Assembly: GCA_040182905.1 (NCBI GenBank) | Contig: JARQWU010000068.1 | Span: forward strand, 1 to 39,350 | Source of the DNA: Barthelona sp. PAP020 | Taxonomy: Eukaryota | Direction of reading: 5' to 3' | Length of the DNA: 39,350 nt | Shown: positions 38,362-39,350 of the stretch, one piece after another | Layout: every line of letters starts with the position of its first letter | Numbering within the stretch: the first letter of the stretch is position 1 | Made by a program: the position numbers and the translations under genes | The notes under the pieces: generated by a model | What the model was told of the DNA's origin: nothing | Database searches by the model: none | Seen by the model: the letters and a program-made list of their open reading frames with translations, nothing else

Positions 38362-38420
38362 TGAATATTTAAAAAAAAATTTGTGAATGAAGTTGAAAGT
38401 TGGCGATTTTTTTTTCTCCG
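38362..38420. promoter_or_regulatory. 59-bp putative bidirectional promoter (hypothetical gene / kinesin)
   Basis: Divergent ATGs at 38361 and 38421; same A-tract...T-tract layout. Confidence 0.55.
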
Positions 38421-39350
38421 ATGAATGATGGAAAAAACGCCGTTAAAAATTCCATACAAGTTGCTTGTAGGATACGACCATTACTGCCAGCGGAGGAATT
38501 GTCTCATCAATATGATTTTTTAAATTTTGACTCAAATACTTCCACTATTTCCATACCAGAGCATGACACTTTTCAATTTGACTCTGTTTTTATTCCTTCT
38601 TCAACCCAAGAAATGTTTTATGAATCTGCTGTTTCCTCATTTGTTAATTTGTTCATTCAAGGATTTAATTGCACTATTTTAGCCTATGGGATGACAAATT
38701 CAGGTAAATCATATACTATGGGTACTGATTATTTTCATAATCAAAGACATCCAACTGCTCAAGGTGTAATACCACGATTACTAGAGGATGTCATTCATAG
38801 CCTTGACAATGACTCTCAATTATACTGTACTTTTGTCGAAATATATCAAAGAGAATTGAGAGATTTATTGAATCCTGAGGGTAGTGTTTCTCTTAGAGAG
38901 GCTTCTGATGGTAATGTTATTTGTAAAGGTGCAAAAGAAGAAGACATTACTTCAATAGAACAATTTTATGATATTTTAGAAAAAGGAAGTCGCAATAGAA
39001 TAGCAGGGGATAATAATTATAACAAAAGATCCAGTAGAAGTCATGCCATCTTAACTTTGTATTTATTAAAAAAGCAAAATAATGAATTAATACTTTCCAA
39101 ATTTCATTTGGTTGATTTGGCTGGTTCTGAAAGAATTTCTACCACGACTCAAAAACAAATTCAAAAGGAAGCAATAAATATTAATTATGGATTATTTGTC
39201 CTTGCCAGAATTATTAAAAGTTTGCAAAAAAAGAACCCTGGATATATTCCCTATAGAGACTCAAAATTAACAAGATTATTGGCAGATTCATTGGGAGGAA
39301 ATAGTTTTACTTTGTTAATTGCATGTATAACACCTTTTGACAAGTGTATT
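38421..39350 (+). CDS. Kinesin, N-terminal motor domain (kinesin-4-like), 3'-partial; absent from the ORF track
   Basis: Own translation from ATG 38421: IQVACRIRP, FQFDSVF, GFNCTILAYGMTNSGKSYTMGT (P-loop), SSRSHAI (switch I), SKFHLVDLAGSER (switch II), IPYRDSKLTRLLADSLGGNS. Open to the window end. Confidence 0.93.
   Translation, partial: MNDGKNAVKNSIQVACRIRPLLPAEELSHQYDFLNFDSNTSTISIPEHDTFQFDSVFIPSSTQEMFYESAVSSFVNLFIQGFNCTILAYGMTNSGKSYTMGTDYFHNQRHPTAQGVIPRLLEDVIHSLDNDSQLYCTFVEIYQRELRDLLNPEGSVSLREASDGNVICKGAKEEDITSIEQFYDILEKGSRNRIAGDNNYNKRSSRSHAILTLYLLKKQNNELILSKFHLVDLAGSERISTTTQKQIQKEAININYGLFVLARIIKSLQKKNPGYIPYRDSKLTRLLADSLGGNSFTLLIACITPFDKCI

Noticed and set aside
1..39350. Prokaryotic features (operons, CRISPR arrays, IS elements), tRNA/rRNA genes, transposons
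   Set aside because: No repeat-spacer arrays, terminal inverted repeats, transposase or RT motifs, cloverleafs or rRNA-like GC-rich tracts were seen; the gene content is eukaryotic.

Overview
Eukaryotic nuclear DNA: AT-rich (roughly 30% GC by eye), very gene-dense and almost intron-free. It uses the standard genetic code (TAA, TAG and TGA all end recognisable genes). The gene content points to a flagellated protist, plausibly an anaerobic metamonad-like lineage, which is inference only. About 18 protein genes are present: a partial ORF at the left edge, a divergent cullin, an LRR/coiled-coil/Sfi1-repeat-like protein, an ADP-dependent sugar kinase with archaeal-type motifs, U1-C, an EF-hand protein, calcineurin B, NIP7 (with the only intron I could find, 43 nt), U1-70K, a 5129-aa dynein-heavy-chain-like protein, an atypical homeodomain protein, a short NudC, a SYP7-like Qc-SNARE, three hypothetical proteins, TAF1 and a partial kinesin at the right edge. 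Four observations stand out. (1) The dynein heavy chain keeps its full architecture but has lost the AAA1 Walker A/B and sensor motifs and carries an inserted IQ motif, so it may be a non-motile, Ca2+/EF-hand-regulated pseudo-motor. (2) The cytosolic archaeal-type ADP-dependent kinase, probably a glucokinase, is a candidate lateral transfer. (3) The U1-C and EF-hand genes are head-to-head with start codons only 2 bp apart (CAT-TA-ATG). (4) Two U1 snRNP genes flank the only intron-bearing gene. All family assignments are from motif recognition by eye; no searches were run.
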